NCBI GenBank assembly: GCA_017412085.1
Contig: JAFPYS010000016.1
Span: 1,720 to 65,719 of the forward strand
Direction: 5' to 3'
From: Alphaproteobacteria bacterium
Lineage (GTDB): Bacteria > Pseudomonadota > Alphaproteobacteria > CAAHEQ01 > UBA3637
Length of the DNA: 64,000 bases
Positions 27,918-37,217 of this stretch are shown here, one piece after another (the stretch's first letter is position 1; the number at the start of each line of letters is the position of its first letter). The position numbers and the translations under genes are program-made. The notes under the pieces were generated by a model. That model worked only from the letters and a program-made list of their open reading frames with translations. It ran no database searches and was not told the DNA's origin.

Positions 27918-29047
27918 AACATAAGTGTTGCCCTTAAACTTACAACGGTTGCCGTTTTGTGATCTCTCGTTGCGCCTGGATTAATATAAAATTGCACATC
28001 AGGTGTTAAAGTTGCAAACGATGAAATTCCAAAGGCCATATATGTTTCCAATACCGTCTCCCAAGAACGCGTGCCTGGTCCATTTGCTGATTTATTCAAT
28101 TTATTCACAGCCACCGCCACACCGGCTTGATCCAAGCTATTCCGATCCATAGGATTATTTACAATGCTTCCAAACACATAAGATTGTTTAATGCTGTTTT
28201 CCGATTTATTCACCCCATTAGCACGCGCAAACAAAGCCACCTTTTTACCAATAAATTGTTGTGCATTAAGGCTCCATCCACGGCTTGATTCCGGCTGAGC
28301 ACTCACATCTGGCTGATAATAAACCATTGCACTATATTCACCCGCAAGACCGTTGAATGTTGGCGACCACATTGCCGAAGCAAAAGAGGTCCACTTCCCC
28401 TTTTTAAATTTATTCCAACTGATTGTTTCGCCACTAACGTTATTCGCATTTTGTGCCCCAACGCTGAAACTCCATTCTGTGTTTGGCGTCCACGTAACAA
28501 AGCCCCCCCAGCTAGCCGTTGGATAAACCTCAGATGCATTTTGTGATAGAGCATAGTTCAAAAAGTTCACTTGCTGATTGCTATCATAATCCGTTCCATC
28601 AAAGTTATACATTGGGAATTGTCCAATCGTCACGGACAGTGTTTTCAAATCACCGGGCAAAACGTGTGTATAACTTAATTCATCAAAATAATTGCCATTG
28701 GAAGGGTAATCATTAACGCTGGAAAAAACGCCCAAACGATTATCCAAAGTATTTGCGCTCATCCCCCAATAACGAACAGCCGTGTATGCTGCATTAAATG
28801 TCCCGCTTCCGAACGTATCCGAATTAAACGCATTCCAACCTATGGTCCCATAATACTGTGTTTGCCATGCTGTTCCTTTGCCATTAGGGGCTCCACGCTG
28901 TGGTAAAAAAGATGCATCCAGTGAATAAGTAATTCCTGTTTTTTGATTCAAATCATTTTTAAATGCTTGATAATCTTTTGCTAAATCAAACTCTGCAAAA
29001 GCAGGTAATTCAACCAAACATATGCCTAATAATAAAAATTTTCTCAT
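27914..29047 (-). CDS. OprB-family outer-membrane porin (AaxA-like)
   Basis: 377 aa. Signal peptide, alternating beta-strand pattern, and C-terminal LTPDVQFYINPG...SLRATLMF typical of OprB-type porins. Confidence 0.75.
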   Translation of the reverse strand: MRKFLLLGICLVELPAFAEFDLAKDYQAFKNDLNQKTGITYSLDASFLPQRGAPNGKGTAWQTQYYGTIGWNAFNSDTFGSGTFNAAYTAVRYWGMSANTLDNRLGVFSSVNDYPSNGNYFDELSYTHVLPGDLKTLSVTIGQFPMYNFDGTDYDSNQQVNFLNYALSQNASEVYPTASWGGFVTWTPNTEWSFSVGAQNANNVSGETISWNKFKKGKWTSFASAMWSPTFNGLAGEYSAMVYYQPDVSAQPESSRGWSLNAQQFIGKKVALFARANGVNKSENSIKQSYVFGSIVNNPMDRNSLDQAGVAVAVNKLNKSANGPGTRSWETVLETYMAFGISSFATLTPDVQFYINPGATRDHKTATVVSLRATLMF

Positions 29048-29111
29048 ATTCCCCTCCTCGGCAGAATATAAGAACCTCCCGTAAAAAAGAACAGCTAAAC
29101 TTTAGGCGATA

Positions 29112-30680
29112 TTAGTGATGACAGCCGGCAAAGATATCCAGCTTTTCATCATACACATCCGTAGAGATCCCAGCCCATCCCAAGATAGAATGGAAAATCG
29201 CATCTTGAGTCTGTTGTTGTTTGGTTTTATTTCGCATGCATCTTTTGCTCATTCCCAACGCTTGACGTGTTGATTTGGGCATCCACACAAAAAATGGTAC
29301 TTGTTTTTGTACATCTGGTGCATCTTTAAAATCTCCGCCATGCCCATAGATTTCTCCCTCGCCCAAAGATTCACCATGATCTGATATGTACATTAAAACT
29401 GGATTATATTCGTCTGTCATTTTGGATAATGTTTTAATTAAATCTGCAATAACAAGGGACGTATAATACATCGTATTGTCATAAGTGTTCACCAATTCTT
29501 CATATGCGCAACTTGTAGAATCCGCACGATCACAATACGGCTTCCATTTTTTATATTCAGCGGGAACACGCAAATCATATCTTGGCCCATGTGAACCACG
29601 TTGGTGCAACACCACAAATGTATCCTTTGTAAACCCAGACATCTTATCACGGAATGCATCATTCAATAACATATCAACACAATCCCGTGTTTCGCAGGTA
29701 TATTCTGTTTGAATATTGCGACACACTTTATTACAACCCAATTCATTATCCAGCCACAAAAGATCTATACCGTTCTGTGACAAAATGTCCAGCGCATTTG
29801 TTGTATAAGGCAAAGCTTGCTCTTTGTAATTTTCCCTTGTAAAAGCATTAAACATACAAGGAACGGAAACGCGCGTGACAACACCACAAGATTCTGTTTT
29901 CTTAAAAACAATCATATCGCGCAAAAACGCCTGTAGCGGCTCTGCGGTATTTCTACGATAACCACTCAATGAAAAATTGGCATCCCGTGCAGATTCTCCC
30001 AAAACAAAAACAAATAAATTTTTCTTTTTCCCCTTCCAATAAGGATGAAATTCCATGCCGGCCGTTGTGTTCAATCCCTCTACTTTTTTTAAATAATTTG
30101 ATATTACACCAACCACGCCCGACACATATCCCGTTGGTACAAATTGATATCTCAAATTAAAATTCGTTTTTAAGTATATCTTGACGCTTGTTCTGTAAGG
30201 CAAAAAAATACTTAATAAAAACAACATGATAGCCAACAAAGATAAAGTTTTTCTGAAATGCAATTTAAAAGGTTCAAATTCTATTTTTAAACGCCACACG
30301 ACAATACTGGGCACTATTCCAAACAAAATTACATATACCCAAAAAGAAATTCCCATCCATTCCGTAGCTTCAAAAAAATTTGTGTCCAGTATATTCATCA
30401 ACATCGTTTTATTTAAAACCAGGTGATAGGCTGTGATAAAATAACCTGCTATTGAATTTGTAATAAGTAATAAAATGGACAATGGTTTAACCGTCTTACG
30501 CGCAAATAAAATTGACTGAAAAATCATCAACCCTGTAATACTCATAAGAATCAAAACAACAAAGACCCACGGTGAAACGGTGCTCCAAACTTGCCGCCAA
30601 AAATAAGTATTATAAACACCAACCGTCCAAAGGGCGTATATGAAACTATATGTTAAAAATGGAAGCTTAAAGTGTCTCAA
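29112..30680 (-). CDS. eptA: phosphoethanolamine-lipid A transferase (EptA family)
   Basis: 522 aa. Five N-terminal TM helices plus a sulfatase-fold domain (VLGESARDANFSLSGY, HGPRY, SDHGESLGE). Confidence 0.85.
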   Translation of the reverse strand: MRHFKLPFLTYSFIYALWTVGVYNTYFWRQVWSTVSPWVFVVLILMSITGLMIFQSILFARKTVKPLSILLLITNSIAGYFITAYHLVLNKTMLMNILDTNFFEATEWMGISFWVYVILFGIVPSIVVWRLKIEFEPFKLHFRKTLSLLAIMLFLLSIFLPYRTSVKIYLKTNFNLRYQFVPTGYVSGVVGVISNYLKKVEGLNTTAGMEFHPYWKGKKKNLFVFVLGESARDANFSLSGYRRNTAEPLQAFLRDMIVFKKTESCGVVTRVSVPCMFNAFTRENYKEQALPYTTNALDILSQNGIDLLWLDNELGCNKVCRNIQTEYTCETRDCVDMLLNDAFRDKMSGFTKDTFVVLHQRGSHGPRYDLRVPAEYKKWKPYCDRADSTSCAYEELVNTYDNTMYYTSLVIADLIKTLSKMTDEYNPVLMYISDHGESLGEGEIYGHGGDFKDAPDVQKQVPFFVWMPKSTRQALGMSKRCMRNKTKQQQTQDAIFHSILGWAGISTDVYDEKLDIFAGCHH

Positions 30681-30689
30681 TTTTTCCCC

Positions 30690-31283
30690 TCAAAACAAAA
30701 AAGGCAAAGCCGTTAACAATGGGATTGACAAATTATCATCTATATGTATTTTTTCATTTAACAAATCACCCATACAACCCAAAAACACTCCAATTAGTGC
30801 TCTATAAACGGGCAATCCAAATCCCCAATTAAATAGCATACAAACAATCATGCCTGACAAAACAAAAGCAACAGTTCCTTCGATCGTTTTTTTCCCAATT
30901 ATCCGATAATGCCCAATTGCTCGTCCCACCAATGCGGCCGCTGTATCGCAAAGCAACAAAACACTCAGCGCGAACATAACAACCACTTTAGGCATAATAA
31001 CAACCAATAACAAGGCCGCAATTAAAACATACGCCGCACCCGAAAAACCAAAAGCAGCATCTTTTTCTTTTTCTCTTAACACAGACGAAAACAAAAAGCG
31101 ATAGATACGACCACACAAAGAATTTTTATGTGTCTCATACTCTGCGATCAAAACGATTGTCGTAATGGTGCATAACATTAAGATGCACCAAACACGCGGC
31201 AAAAGCCACACCATCGCAACCATCCAAAACGAACTCAAATGGATTAATTTTCTTAAAAATTCTTGTTTTAAATTAAATGCCAT
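30690..31283 (-). CDS. CTP-dependent diacylglycerol/polyprenol kinase-like membrane protein (COG0170)
   Basis: 197 aa polytopic protein. RKLIHL near the N-terminus and CDTAAALVGRAIG...GKKTIEGT, typical of the dolichol/phytol kinase family. Confidence 0.6.
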   Translation of the reverse strand: MAFNLKQEFLRKLIHLSSFWMVAMVWLLPRVWCILMLCTITTIVLIAEYETHKNSLCGRIYRFLFSSVLREKEKDAAFGFSGAAYVLIAALLLVVIMPKVVVMFALSVLLLCDTAAALVGRAIGHYRIIGKKTIEGTVAFVLSGMIVCMLFNWGFGLPVYRALIGVFLGCMGDLLNEKIHIDDNLSIPLLTALPFLF

Positions 31284-31308
31284 CGTTAAAAAGCCCTCGT
31301 CATAAACA

Positions 31309-31338
31309 AGTATATCCCATCCACCCCAATCTTGTCAA
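31309..31338 (-). promoter_or_regulatory. promoter for the kinase-eptA operon
   Basis: Minus strand TTGACA, 18 nt spacer, TATACT. Confidence 0.6.
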
Positions 31339-31408
31339 GAAACTATTTTTTACTTGTATCTTTCCTAAAAAAGTGCTATGCTGCCCCTCACAAACGAAAG
31401 GATACATC

Positions 31409-33127
31409 ATGATGGAAATTTCTACACTTCAATCTTTTAGAATTAAGTACAAACCCGAATTGCCACGTTCTTTAAAGAAAGGCATTAAACGTGTTGCCGT
31501 TGTGGAAGGGGATAAAACAGATTCCATCACCCATCAAGAGGAGTTGAAAGCCCTATTCCCCACAACTTATGGCCAAAATGTTATTACTTTTAAAGCGGGG
31601 AAAAAGCCCAAAAAGTTGGAGGCAAAAAATTTCGGTGTGATTCTTTCTGGCGGCCAAGCACCCGGTGGACATAATGTTATTACCGGCCTTTATGACGGCT
31701 TGAAGCGTATCAACAAAAACAATAAATTATTTGGCTTTTTGGGTGGTCCAAGCGGCATTGTGGAGGGTAAATACATTGAATTAGACGATGCCTTAATCAA
31801 TAGCTATCGCAATACGGGTGGCTTTGATATGATTGGGTCGGGTCGCACAAAATTGGAAACAGAAGAACAATTTATGAAGGTATGGCAAGTATGCCAAAAC
31901 TTGAACATTTCTGGCATTGTGATTATTGGTGGAGATGATTCAAATACAAACGCGGCCTTGCTTGCCGAATGGTTGAAGGCCAAAAATGCTGGCATTTGCG
32001 TGATTGGTTGTCCAAAAACAATCGATGGCGACTTGAAAAACGCCCAAATTGAAACTTCTTTCGGATTTGACACAGCATGCAAAACTTACGCCGGTTTAGT
32101 CGGCAATATTGAACGCGATGCTTTGTCTGCAAAAAAATATTGGCACTTTGTGAAATTAATGGGGCGCAGCGCCACACACGTCGGATTGGAAGTTGCCTTA
32201 CAAACCCATCCAAATATTACCTTGATTTCTGAAGAGGTGGAAGCATCTGCAATGTCTTTGGATGCCCTTGTTCAAGGTATGGTAGATGTAATCGTTGAAC
32301 GTTCCGAAGCTGGCAAAAACTACGGTGTTGCTTTAATTCCAGAAGGTGTGATTGAATTTATTCCCGAGATGAAAAAATTGATCACGAACCTCAATGACTC
32401 CATGAGTTTGGTGGAAAGTTCCGAGGCATATAAGAACGCCAAAACAGATGCCGAAAGGTTCCAATCTGTGATTGATCACCTCAATCAAACAGCGCCCGAC
32501 AGCGCAAAGGTGTTTGATTCTTTACCAGCTTTGATTAAGGCACAATTGTTGCTCGATCGCGATCCACACGGCAATATTCAGGTATCCAAGATTGAGACTG
32601 AACAATTGCTGATTAGTATGATCAAGGCAAAATTGGAAAAACTGCGTGCCGAAGACAAATATCATGGCAAATTCTCGGGGCAAGCACATTTCTTTGGATA
32701 CGAAGGACGCTGTGCTTTCCCATCCAATTTTGATGCAAATTATTGCTACGCTTTGGGGTATAACGCTTGCGCTTTATTGCAAAGCGGCCGCACGGGATAT
32801 ATTTCCTGCATCAAGAATTTGACAGCACCCACCAACAAATGGATTGCCGGTGGTACGCCACTGACCATGATGATGACGATGGAAAAACGTCATGGACAAT
32901 TTAAACCAGTTATTCAAAAAGCTTTGGTCAAGTTGGACGGCCCCGTATTTAAAAAGCTGTTAGAAAACCGTTCCAAGTGGGCATTCAATGATGATTATCA
33001 ATTCCCGGGCGCCATTCAATACTATGGTCCAATTGATGTTACCAATGCCACAACAAAGACTTTGGAGTTAGAAAAAGGAAAAATGAAACAACGCCGATGG
33101 TTCAATCGTTTGCGTTTGTTCAGATAA
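31409..33127 (+). CDS. pfp: pyrophosphate-dependent 6-phosphofructokinase (long Pfp type)
   Basis: Start at MMEISTLQ (GAAAGGA RBS), because the longer ORF runs through the promoter region. GGQAPGGHN, GGDDSNTNA (Asp) and CPKTIDGDLK (Lys) are the PPi-specificity residues. Confidence 0.88.
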   Translation: MMEISTLQSFRIKYKPELPRSLKKGIKRVAVVEGDKTDSITHQEELKALFPTTYGQNVITFKAGKKPKKLEAKNFGVILSGGQAPGGHNVITGLYDGLKRINKNNKLFGFLGGPSGIVEGKYIELDDALINSYRNTGGFDMIGSGRTKLETEEQFMKVWQVCQNLNISGIVIIGGDDSNTNAALLAEWLKAKNAGICVIGCPKTIDGDLKNAQIETSFGFDTACKTYAGLVGNIERDALSAKKYWHFVKLMGRSATHVGLEVALQTHPNITLISEEVEASAMSLDALVQGMVDVIVERSEAGKNYGVALIPEGVIEFIPEMKKLITNLNDSMSLVESSEAYKNAKTDAERFQSVIDHLNQTAPDSAKVFDSLPALIKAQLLLDRDPHGNIQVSKIETEQLLISMIKAKLEKLRAEDKYHGKFSGQAHFFGYEGRCAFPSNFDANYCYALGYNACALLQSGRTGYISCIKNLTAPTNKWIAGGTPLTMMMTMEKRHGQFKPVIQKALVKLDGPVFKKLLENRSKWAFNDDYQFPGAIQYYGPIDVTNATTKTLELEKGKMKQRRWFNRLRLFR

Positions 33128-33141
33128 CATCAACAAACAAC

Positions 33142-33173
33142 AAAAAAGGCAGCCATTTAGCTGCCTTTTTTTA
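33142..33173. terminator. bidirectional terminator
   Basis: ggcagc/gctgcc stem flanked by A6 and T8. Confidence 0.8.
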
Positions 33174-33180
33174 TCTTTGA

Positions 33181-34116
33181 TTAATCAAAATCACGACTAT
33201 CCCTCAGTCTATCACTAATATCAAAACTTCTCGACGCTGTCTTCGATGTCCCCTCCAAGAATTTACTTACCTCAGGGAAGGACTTACAGTCAAAAGGTTT
33301 AGTAGCTTTCAGATACTCCTGGGCTTGTTCTTCAGGCAAATGTTGGCCCACTCCTTCTGGAGACATCACAACGACACCTGTTTCATCCACAATAACAGTA
33401 GAACCATCGGGCGTCATCTCAGCACGCTTTCTAGCCAATTTCCCATCGACGAATTGCCACATGACACCTTTACCCTCCTCTGTAATTAAATACACTGTTT
33501 CATTACCATTTTCAACATGATATAAACTATCCTCGCCACGTTTTAACTGGTATCCAGTATAATTTCCGGTTTGAAATGGTAAAAGTTGTGTTCCCTCTAC
33601 AGTCAGTTTACGACCATTCAAAGTCAAATCCATCTTTGGAGCACCAGTTAAAGCTTTTACTTCTTCTTGTTTCACATTATCAGCGGCAGAAATGCCCACA
33701 TTCTCAGGGCCAACAAAACCATCTGTTTTAAATCCTGAATTCATGACATCATCACGAGGGCTATAACGATCCTCTGCCGTTCTAGTAACTGCATGAACCT
33801 CATCCATCAAATCATCCGCGGCACCAACAATCTGAGGACCAATAGAATCACCAATATCACCTGCTTTAATCTCTAGCTTCTGACCCACCTTATCAGCCGC
33901 TCCTCGTGTATTATTTTGCTGAGCATCATCCATCATGGAAGACAAACGCAAAATAAGGCCAATCACCGTCATTGCCAAAGCCCCATTTAAAAAGCCCATC
34001 CTTCTGGCCTTTTTGATCTCTGTGGTAAGTTGTGTACCCAAAAGATCTATTTTCTTTTCTATCTCTCTATGTTCCTTTGATAGTTGTTCTCCGATCTTCT
34101 TAGAAAGTTTTGCCAT
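33181..34116 (-). CDS. hypothetical membrane-anchored protein, paralog A
   Basis: 311 aa. N-terminal coiled segment, one TM helix (~aa 41-58), large extracytoplasmic domain. Shares blocks with the 34253-34996 product. Confidence 0.65.
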   Translation of the reverse strand: MAKLSKKIGEQLSKEHREIEKKIDLLGTQLTTEIKKARRMGFLNGALAMTVIGLILRLSSMMDDAQQNNTRGAADKVGQKLEIKAGDIGDSIGPQIVGAADDLMDEVHAVTRTAEDRYSPRDDVMNSGFKTDGFVGPENVGISAADNVKQEEVKALTGAPKMDLTLNGRKLTVEGTQLLPFQTGNYTGYQLKRGEDSLYHVENGNETVYLITEEGKGVMWQFVDGKLARKRAEMTPDGSTVIVDETGVVVMSPEGVGQHLPEEQAQEYLKATKPFDCKSFPEVSKFLEGTSKTASRSFDISDRLRDSRDFD

Positions 34117-34147
34117 TTTGCGCTCCTTGTTTATTGTTGATAAGGTT

Positions 34148-34175
34148 ATTATATCACAATTTTCTTACCTGTCAA
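34148..34175 (-). promoter_or_regulatory. promoter for paralog A
   Basis: Minus strand TTGACA, 16 nt spacer, TATAAT, with TTGTGATATAAT as in the paralog B promoter. Confidence 0.65.
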
Positions 34176-34176
34176 C

Positions 34177-34208
34177 AAAAAACTCCCTGACTAACATCAA
34201 GGAGTTTT
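34177..34208 (-). terminator. terminator after paralog B
   Basis: aaaactcc/ggagtttt stem with a T run on the minus strand. Confidence 0.65.
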
Positions 34209-34252
34209 CAAAGCTTAAATTAAGCGAATTGAATATTTCTCGCTTTTTGCTT

Positions 34253-34996
34253 TTAGTCACGACCCAAAGAAGTCATACTCGCTTGTGGCACTGGACGTTC
34301 ACTTTCCTTTTTCAAAACATTATTCAAAGCTATCATAACATCTGAAAATTCAGTACGATTAGGATCGAAAACACGGTTAAAGTACGCATCGGCTTCTTTT
34401 GCGGGGATCATTCTCTGCTTAGCATCATCTTTTCCTTGCACAAAGAGTGCCGCGTGAGGCCATTTTAATACACATTCGCCAGTCACCTTATTGTAAGATT
34501 GCACGCACGTTAAAGTGCCTTTGTCATTAAAATGGTAAAAGAAATCAATTCCATCTGCCCATATCGAATAAGCATATCCCTTAGCAGAATTTTCGGGTAA
34601 ACACGACCCAAGCACTAATGTGTCTTTTCCCCTCTTAATGCTTGTATATAAGCAATCGCCTCCAATACGGCTGTCCACACCAGTTCCAGCTACAAACATG
34701 CCATCTTCGGGGTTAGGACCAAATACAATATGTATCTGATCATCATAATTTTTGTCATTACCAGTTAATGCGGCAATTTCTTCTTTTTCAACATTTTTAA
34801 CAGCACCGTATTCTGGTTGCTCTTGGGTGGCCTTGATCAAAGCGTCAACAATGAAACCCGCGTTGTCCTTTGCTCCATCATTTTCAGAAGCAGGACGATC
34901 ATTATTCTTTGGTGTTCCACTCAGCATATATGCAAGCACAACTGAGTTGATAATAGACAGCGTTAAAGCCACGTTAGATTTTCTATTTGTTGTCAT
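34253..34996 (-). CDS. hypothetical membrane-anchored protein, paralog B
   Basis: 247 aa. TM helix at ~aa 8-25 and an extracytoplasmic domain with 4 Cys. Its NVEKEEIAALTGNDK and IKRGKDTL blocks match paralog A. Confidence 0.65.
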   Translation of the reverse strand: MTTNRKSNVALTLSIINSVVLAYMLSGTPKNNDRPASENDGAKDNAGFIVDALIKATQEQPEYGAVKNVEKEEIAALTGNDKNYDDQIHIVFGPNPEDGMFVAGTGVDSRIGGDCLYTSIKRGKDTLVLGSCLPENSAKGYAYSIWADGIDFFYHFNDKGTLTCVQSYNKVTGECVLKWPHAALFVQGKDDAKQRMIPAKEADAYFNRVFDPNRTEFSDVMIALNNVLKKESERPVPQASMTSLGRD

Positions 34997-35026
34997 AATA
35001 CACTCCTTTGTTTATTCAACGGGATT

Positions 35027-35055
35027 ATTATATCACAACTTTTATTTTTTGTCAA
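35027..35055 (-). promoter_or_regulatory. promoter for paralog B
   Basis: Minus strand TTGACA, 17 nt spacer, TATAAT. Confidence 0.7.
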
Positions 35056-35081
35056 TCATTTTTTATTTGTCAAAAAACGAT

Positions 35082-35112
35082 AAAAAAAACTCCCACGCAA
35101 CTGCGTGAGAGT
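35082..35112 (-). terminator. terminator after rpsU
   Basis: ctctcacgc/gcgtgggag stem (one mismatch) followed by T8 on the minus strand. Confidence 0.7.
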
Positions 35113-35130
35113 TCAAAGAGTTAAGGCGAA

Positions 35131-35337
35131 TTAAAAACCTTCTGCCCAGAAACGCTTTCTTTGTGCTTTACGGGCGCGACGAACGCACTCGGTCTTCTTA
35201 CGCGCCTTCTTTTCAGATGGCTTTTCGTAATAACGACGCAACTTCATTTCACGGAAACTGCCGTCCCGTTGCATTTTCTTTTTCAAAACACGGATAGCTT
35301 GTTCCACATTGTTATCACGCACAACGATTGTTACCAA
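35131..35337 (-). CDS. rpsU: 30S ribosomal protein S21 (TTG start)
   Basis: [20 protein letters not shown]...[11 protein letters not shown]. The start codon is TTG, with an AAAGGGG RBS. Confidence 0.9.
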   Translation of the reverse strand: MVTIVVRDNNVEQAIRVLKKKMQRDGSFREMKLRRYYEKPSEKKARKKTECVRRARKAQRKRFWAEGF

Positions 35338-35386
35338 AGGAATTCACCCCTTTCAAATTGTTTGTCTTGTTGAACCAATTGCCTGT

Positions 35387-35415
35387 ATTATAGCAAACTC
35401 TCACTTAAAAATCAA
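35387..35415 (-). promoter_or_regulatory. promoter for rpsU
   Basis: Minus strand TTGATT, 17 nt spacer, TATAAT. Confidence 0.65.
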
Positions 35416-35423
35416 GCCTTTTT

Positions 35424-36791
35424 TTATGCGCCAAAGAATTCTCTTAAGTATTTTGGCAAATCAGCCACGGCCACACGTTCCTGCGCCATTGTATCGCGAT
35501 TACGCAATGTCACTGTGGCAGGTTGTTGTTCAATGGATTCAAAATCCACCGTAATGCAAAGCGGCGTCCCAATTTCATCATGACGACGATAGGCCTTACC
35601 AATATTACCGGAATCTTCCAACATCACACGACCGATTCCCGTTTTTAATAAATCAGCTTTAATTTGGTGCGCCAACGCCACGATTTGTTCATTATTGCGT
35701 TTTAAAGGAATCACAGCCACCTTTACCGGAGCCAAGTGCTTTTTCAACTTCAACACAGTACGCGTTTCGCCATTGGGTAATTGTTCTTCTGTATAAGCCT
35801 CAGTCATCACGGCCAAGAATGCCCGATCCACACCAATGGATGGCTCAATCACAAACGGCACAAACCACTTCTTTTCTTCCTCATCATACACAGCTAATTT
35901 TGCCGTAGAATCTGGATTTTTATGCACATGAGCCACCAAATTCAACTCTTCTTGATGACGGCTGTGATTACCCAGGTCATAGTCTTGACGATCGGCAATC
36001 CCCATCAATTCATCCAATCCATGCGGGAACTGATATTCCAAATCGTATGTTTTTTTGGAATAATGCGCCAAGTCCTCTTTAGCAATATCATGCACATTCA
36101 TTTTGCTTAAATCCAGTCCTTGCGCTTCCCACCATTTTAAGCAATAATCTTTCCACTTTTCCATCCAATCCAAATCGGTGCCCGGCTTCACAAAGAACTC
36201 AAGCTCCATTTGTTCAAATTCGCGCATGCGGAACATAAAGTTACGTGCAGTAATTTCGTTTCTAAAAGATTTACCAATCTGAGCAATACCAAACGGCACT
36301 TTGCGCGCCGTGGAATCAATCACATTTTTGAATTGCGTAAAGATGGATTGACATGTTTCAGGACGCAAATAAACAAACACAGAGCCATCATCCACCGGGC
36401 CAAAATTCGTCTTAAACATTGTGTTAAAAGAACGCACTTCCGTTAAATCTGTGGAACCACATTCTGGACATTTGCCATCTTTTACATGATCTGCCCGAAA
36501 ACGTGCTTTACATTTCTTACAATCTTGCAAAGGATCCGAAAAGGTGGATTCATGACCGCTGTATTGTAACACCTTGCGCATGGTTAAAATGCTGGTATCC
36601 AAACCTTCCACATCATCACGCTCATATACCATAGCACGCCACCAAGCCGCTTTGATATTGTTTTTTAATTCCACGCCCAAAGGACCGTAATCATAAACAC
36701 CTTGCAAACCACCATAAATATCCGCGCTTTGAAAAGCAAAACCACGGCGTTTGCACAAATTAACCAATTGATCCATAGAGGTTGCAGGCAT
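35424..36791 (-). CDS. glyQS: glycine-tRNA ligase, homodimeric (alpha2, GlyQS) type
   Basis: 455 aa. [31 protein letters not shown], class II motifs, and a C-terminal anticodon-binding domain. Confidence 0.92.
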   Translation of the reverse strand: MPATSMDQLVNLCKRRGFAFQSADIYGGLQGVYDYGPLGVELKNNIKAAWWRAMVYERDDVEGLDTSILTMRKVLQYSGHESTFSDPLQDCKKCKARFRADHVKDGKCPECGSTDLTEVRSFNTMFKTNFGPVDDGSVFVYLRPETCQSIFTQFKNVIDSTARKVPFGIAQIGKSFRNEITARNFMFRMREFEQMELEFFVKPGTDLDWMEKWKDYCLKWWEAQGLDLSKMNVHDIAKEDLAHYSKKTYDLEYQFPHGLDELMGIADRQDYDLGNHSRHQEELNLVAHVHKNPDSTAKLAVYDEEEKKWFVPFVIEPSIGVDRAFLAVMTEAYTEEQLPNGETRTVLKLKKHLAPVKVAVIPLKRNNEQIVALAHQIKADLLKTGIGRVMLEDSGNIGKAYRRHDEIGTPLCITVDFESIEQQPATVTLRNRDTMAQERVAVADLPKYLREFFGA

Positions 36792-36819
36792 TTTTGACTC
36801 CTTCCGATAAAATAAAACT

Positions 36820-36855
36820 GGAGGGATTATACCGCAATCCCTCCATAAAAGTCAA
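36820..36855 (-). promoter_or_regulatory. glyQS promoter overlapping the terminator hairpin of the upstream GC-rich cassette
   Basis: Minus strand TTGACT (36850-36855), 18 nt spacer, TATAAT (36826-36831). The -10 lies in the loop of the hairpin ggaggga/tccctcc (36820-36844), which is followed by a T-rich run. Confidence 0.55.
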
Positions 36856-36873
36856 GATAATTTTGTTACTTTT

Positions 36874-37209
36874 TCACCGTCCACGATGAACCGGCGCACG
36901 ATGCGGCTCTCTATGTGGTGGCGGTAACGGTGGCATTGGTTTTAAAGGATGCGGTATCCCTGGATGCATTGGCGGATAATGCCATGCAGGATGTGGCCTT
37001 GGTGGTGGAGGTGGCGGCACAACAGCCACGACCGGAGCCGGCCGCACGACAACCGTTTCAACAACTGCCGGCGCTTCTTGAAGGACAACCACCGCCGACG
37101 GTTGTTCATACACCACAGGTTTGGGCGCTGGGCGAACCGGTGTCGCCACACAGCCCGTGCTCATTAACGTTCCCAAAACCGCAAATCCCTGTACAACCTT
37201 TTTCTTCAT
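36874..37209 (-). CDS. proline-rich probable lipoprotein
   Basis: 111 aa. Signal peptide with ..LMSTGC, then a P/V/A-rich sequence (PPPPPPRPHP). Markedly GC-rich codons. Confidence 0.6.
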   Translation of the reverse strand: MKKKVVQGFAVLGTLMSTGCVATPVRPAPKPVVYEQPSAVVVLQEAPAVVETVVVRPAPVVAVVPPPPPPRPHPAWHYPPMHPGIPHPLKPMPPLPPPHREPHRAPVHRGR

Positions 37210-37217
37210 TTTGCGTA

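Noticed and set aside
31277-31408. Upstream extension of the pfp ORF; similar N-terminal extensions occur at 9985-10725, 10741, 11401, 18855, 21567, 27429, 42661, 45149 and 46330
   Set aside because: The extensions begin at TTG or run through recognisable promoter or terminator elements. The internal ATGs have RBSs and give family-typical N-termini.
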